The notes beneath the pieces were generated by a model. It was given only the letters and a program-made list of their open reading frames with translations, ran no database searches and was not told where the DNA came from. Shown here piece after piece: positions 61,702 through 64,000 of a DNA stretch of 64,000 nucleotides (positions are counted from its first letter, which is position 1; the number at the start of each line of letters is the position of its first letter). The stretch lies in contig JAQTNH010000001.1 in assembly GCA_028713895.1 (NCBI GenBank), forward strand, positions 438,610-502,609. The letters run 5' to 3'. A program made the translations under genes and the position numbers. This stretch comes from Candidatus Nanoarchaeia archaeon (lineage in GTDB: Archaea > Nanobdellota > Nanobdellia > CSSed11-243R1).

Positions 61702-64000
61702 ATGGAGAGATTTAAACAAACAATTAAAAAAATAGCAGCTATTGCTGGAGGAGCAGTAATGGTTGGAGCTACAATGGCCGGAGCACTGGCAGCATTGGAC
61801 AGCTTACCACAGCCATTCGTTACCACAGCAGGCGTCTTTGACTCGTACATCGTAGTAGGCACATTGGGATGGAACCCAAACGCAGCCTTTGACGGCGTAG
61901 CAGTCAGCGGACTTGCAAGAGATGTAGCAGTAGGTATTGATGTAGGTGCAGCATTTGCACAGAAAGCATCATCCGCAGCATCTGGAGCAAGCTCAACAAC
62001 AACTGTTAGCGAAGGTAAATTAATCGACGCAGCAGGAAACCCACTTAACTTTGGGGACAGCATCTTTGATGTAGATTCAAAGCTTGACAAAAACGACATA
62101 GATTTACTTGCAGACGGAACCTTTAAAGACACAAAAGGGACAAACAAAGCAACAACTGACTACAAACAAACAATCGATTTCACAGACGGAACTGGAACGC
62201 TTTTGTTTGAAAAAGACACAGATGCAGCAGACAAAAAGTCTACAGACTACCTTAAATTTGTAGATACATCAGACGTATGGACATACACATACACACTTGA
62301 CTTTGAAACGGCAATCACAATGGCTGATGAAGCAGACATTGACCAGAACAAAATCAAGATGCTTGGAAAGACATACACAATTTCCGAATCTGATGTAACA
62401 ACAAACTTGACAAAGATGAACCTTCTTAGCGGAGCTGTAACAGCAACCCAGGGAGAATACACAACACAAACATACACAATGAACGGACAGACATATGAAA
62501 TCGAAGTGTTAATCATTTCTGACACAGCACCAACATCTGTTAAATTCAGAATCAACGGAGAAACAACAGATGCACTTGGAGCAGCAGAAACATACACACT
62601 TGCGGATGACACTGTTATCGGCATTGAAGAAATTCTTCCAAACGAAGGTTCAGAAGCAGCTGGAGCAGACCAGGTATCGTTCTATTTGGGAGCAAACAAA
62701 ATATTGCTTAAACCAACAGACTCAAACATTAAAGTGAACGATATCGAAGTGAAAGACACTGATGTAACCTTTACGCACTCTGCAGCAACAAAGCTTGACA
62801 AAGTAATCGTATCCTGGAAAGTAGATGACACATCTGACTTAGAAGCAGGAGAAGAGCTTGAAGACCCAGTATTCGGAGCATTCAAGTTTGTATTTGCAGG
62901 CCTTAACTCAGTTGCAACAGAAGATTTAGCAATTACACCAGACGGCACTGACAAAATACAGCTGGACACCACAAACAAGGAAGGAGACACACTGTCGTAT
63001 GATGTGTTCTATGCAAACTCCACAGGATGCGTGTTCAACGGAGAAAGTGCAGACAACCCATTAATAATTGGGAACAACAATGTTTCAGCAGTTGGGGCAA
63101 CAAGCATCGAATCCCTTAAGGGAATAAGGTTCTTGTATGACTTTGACAACATTGCACACCTTGTAGAAATCACAGACATTGACCAGGACGCAGACAAGGT
63201 ATGGTTTGAAACACTTGACTCTGACGGACGAAAAGGAACAGAACTTGCATACACTGACGTAACAAACACAAACTTCACCTTCTTAGACAGGGATGTAGTT
63301 TTGATGCTGAACGAAACAGCAAAGACAATCAAGTTTGTTGCAATAAACGACAATGCAGGCGGCTGGTCACAGATAGAGACTGAAAAAGGCGCAGTAATCA
63401 GCTTCGGTGGAATTCCAAACACAGACGTAGACGCTGGATGGGGTTCAATAAACATAGCAGAAGTGGATGCATCAGCTACAGTAGCGTTAGTCACGGCAAA
63501 TGTTGTGAACTGCACATGGGACTCAACAGATGACGAGATGGACATTGGCGCACCAAGCGGAGTGACTTTGTACGAGAAATCAACAGCAGACAAAGACAAC
63601 CAGCATGGAAGAACAGCGTACGGCACCTACTTTGACTATTACACCAAAGACCAGAAGGACCTGGCAATTACATACCCAGATGAGGAAATAACTGGTAAGG
63701 TATATGTCGCACCAACAGGCGCAACAACCACAACCACAGCAACATCTGGAGCAGTAAATGTCAATTACTTCAACGCAGCGACCGGCATCTCAAGAACAGA
63801 TGCAGACTTTGCAACAGCAGTTCCAACCAAGAACGTAATCTTGATTGGAGGACCAACAGTTAACGAGCTTGTAAGCGACTTGGCAACAGCTGGAAAGACC
63901 TGGACCTCAGCAGAATGGGCAACAAAGGTTGACACAGCAGTTATCAAACTTGTGGAAGATGCATACGGAACCTATGATGCATTAATCATTGCAGGTTACG
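61702..64000 (+). CDS. S-layer/surface glycoprotein-like protein; the C-terminus runs off the window end
   Basis: My translation from the ATG at 61702 is MERFKQTIKKIAAIAGGAVMVGATMAGALAALDSLPQPFVTTAGVFDSYIVVGTLGW... The frame stayed open at the points I translated (61702 onward, around 62221, and the last 40 nt), and no complete plus-strand ORF is listed after 61474. The composition is T/D/A/G/V-rich, and the end region reads KNVILIGGPTVNELVSDLA. GGTGA Shine-Dalgarno at 61691. Confidence 0.75.
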   Translation, partial: MERFKQTIKKIAAIAGGAVMVGATMAGALAALDSLPQPFVTTAGVFDSYIVVGTLGWNPNAAFDGVAVSGLARDVAVGIDVGAAFAQKASSAASGASSTTTVSEGKLIDAAGNPLNFGDSIFDVDSKLDKNDIDLLADGTFKDTKGTNKATTDYKQTIDFTDGTGTLLFEKDTDAADKKSTDYLKFVDTSDVWTYTYTLDFETAITMADEADIDQNKIKMLGKTYTISESDVTTNLTKMNLLSGAVTATQGEYTTQTYTMNGQTYEIEVLIISDTAPTSVKFRINGETTDALGAAETYTLADDTVIGIEEILPNEGSEAAGADQVSFYLGANKILLKPTDSNIKVNDIEVKDTDVTFTHSAATKLDKVIVSWKVDDTSDLEAGEELEDPVFGAFKFVFAGLNSVATEDLAITPDGTDKIQLDTTNKEGDTLSYDVFYANSTGCVFNGESADNPLIIGNNNVSAVGATSIESLKGIRFLYDFDNIAHLVEITDIDQDADKVWFETLDSDGRKGTELAYTDVTNTNFTFLDRDVVLMLNETAKTIKFVAINDNAGGWSQIETEKGAVISFGGIPNTDVDAGWGSINIAEVDASATVALVTANVVNCTWDSTDDEMDIGAPSGVTLYEKSTADKDNQHGRTAYGTYFDYYTKDQKDLAITYPDEEITGKVYVAPTGATTTTTATSGAVNVNYFNAATGISRTDADFATAVPTKNVILIGGPTVNELVSDLATAGKTWTSAEWATKVDTAVIKLVEDAYGTYDALIIAGY

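Overview
This window is a compact archaeal chromosome segment. Archaeal markers include Orc1/Cdc6, a histone, aIF5A, aRF1, proteasome beta, aCPSF1, archaeal DnaG, SMC/ScpAB, LonB, CDC48, Hef, SRP RNA and BHB-type tRNA introns. The gene content and style suggest a small-genome (DPANN-like) archaeon, but lineage cannot be proven from the window alone.

Most of it is housekeeping: four aaRS genes (Val, Met, Pro, plus a separate Trbp111-like domain), MetK, RPA, a protease run (LonB-TldD-PmbA-M3) and an S-layer gene.

Signals worth a second look:
1. A textbook-looking oriC next to orc1/cdc6, with two inverted pairs of ORB boxes around an AT-rich unwinding element.
2. Six tRNA genes, five of them interrupted. 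These include an initiator tRNA-Met that needs three introns removed and a tRNA-Leu that needs two.
3. Four free-standing LAGLIDADG endonuclease genes. Two run directly into intron-containing tRNA genes, one heads the MetRS operon, and one sits beside the origin.
4. A family of short intergenic repeats that ends in the local BRE/TATA consensus. Direct copies of it bracket a small Cys-rich membrane-protein gene like a cassette.
5. A type IV pilus-like locus of about 8 kb: one ATPase, a split platform protein and six prepilin-like genes, five of them in one operon that ends in a CBS/winged-helix protein.
6. Tandem paralogous genes of unknown function, followed by a 430-nt ORF-free, promoter-bearing structured spacer.

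No CRISPR array, transposase, integrase or rRNA was seen.

All calls come from reading the sequence and the ORF translations. No database search was run.
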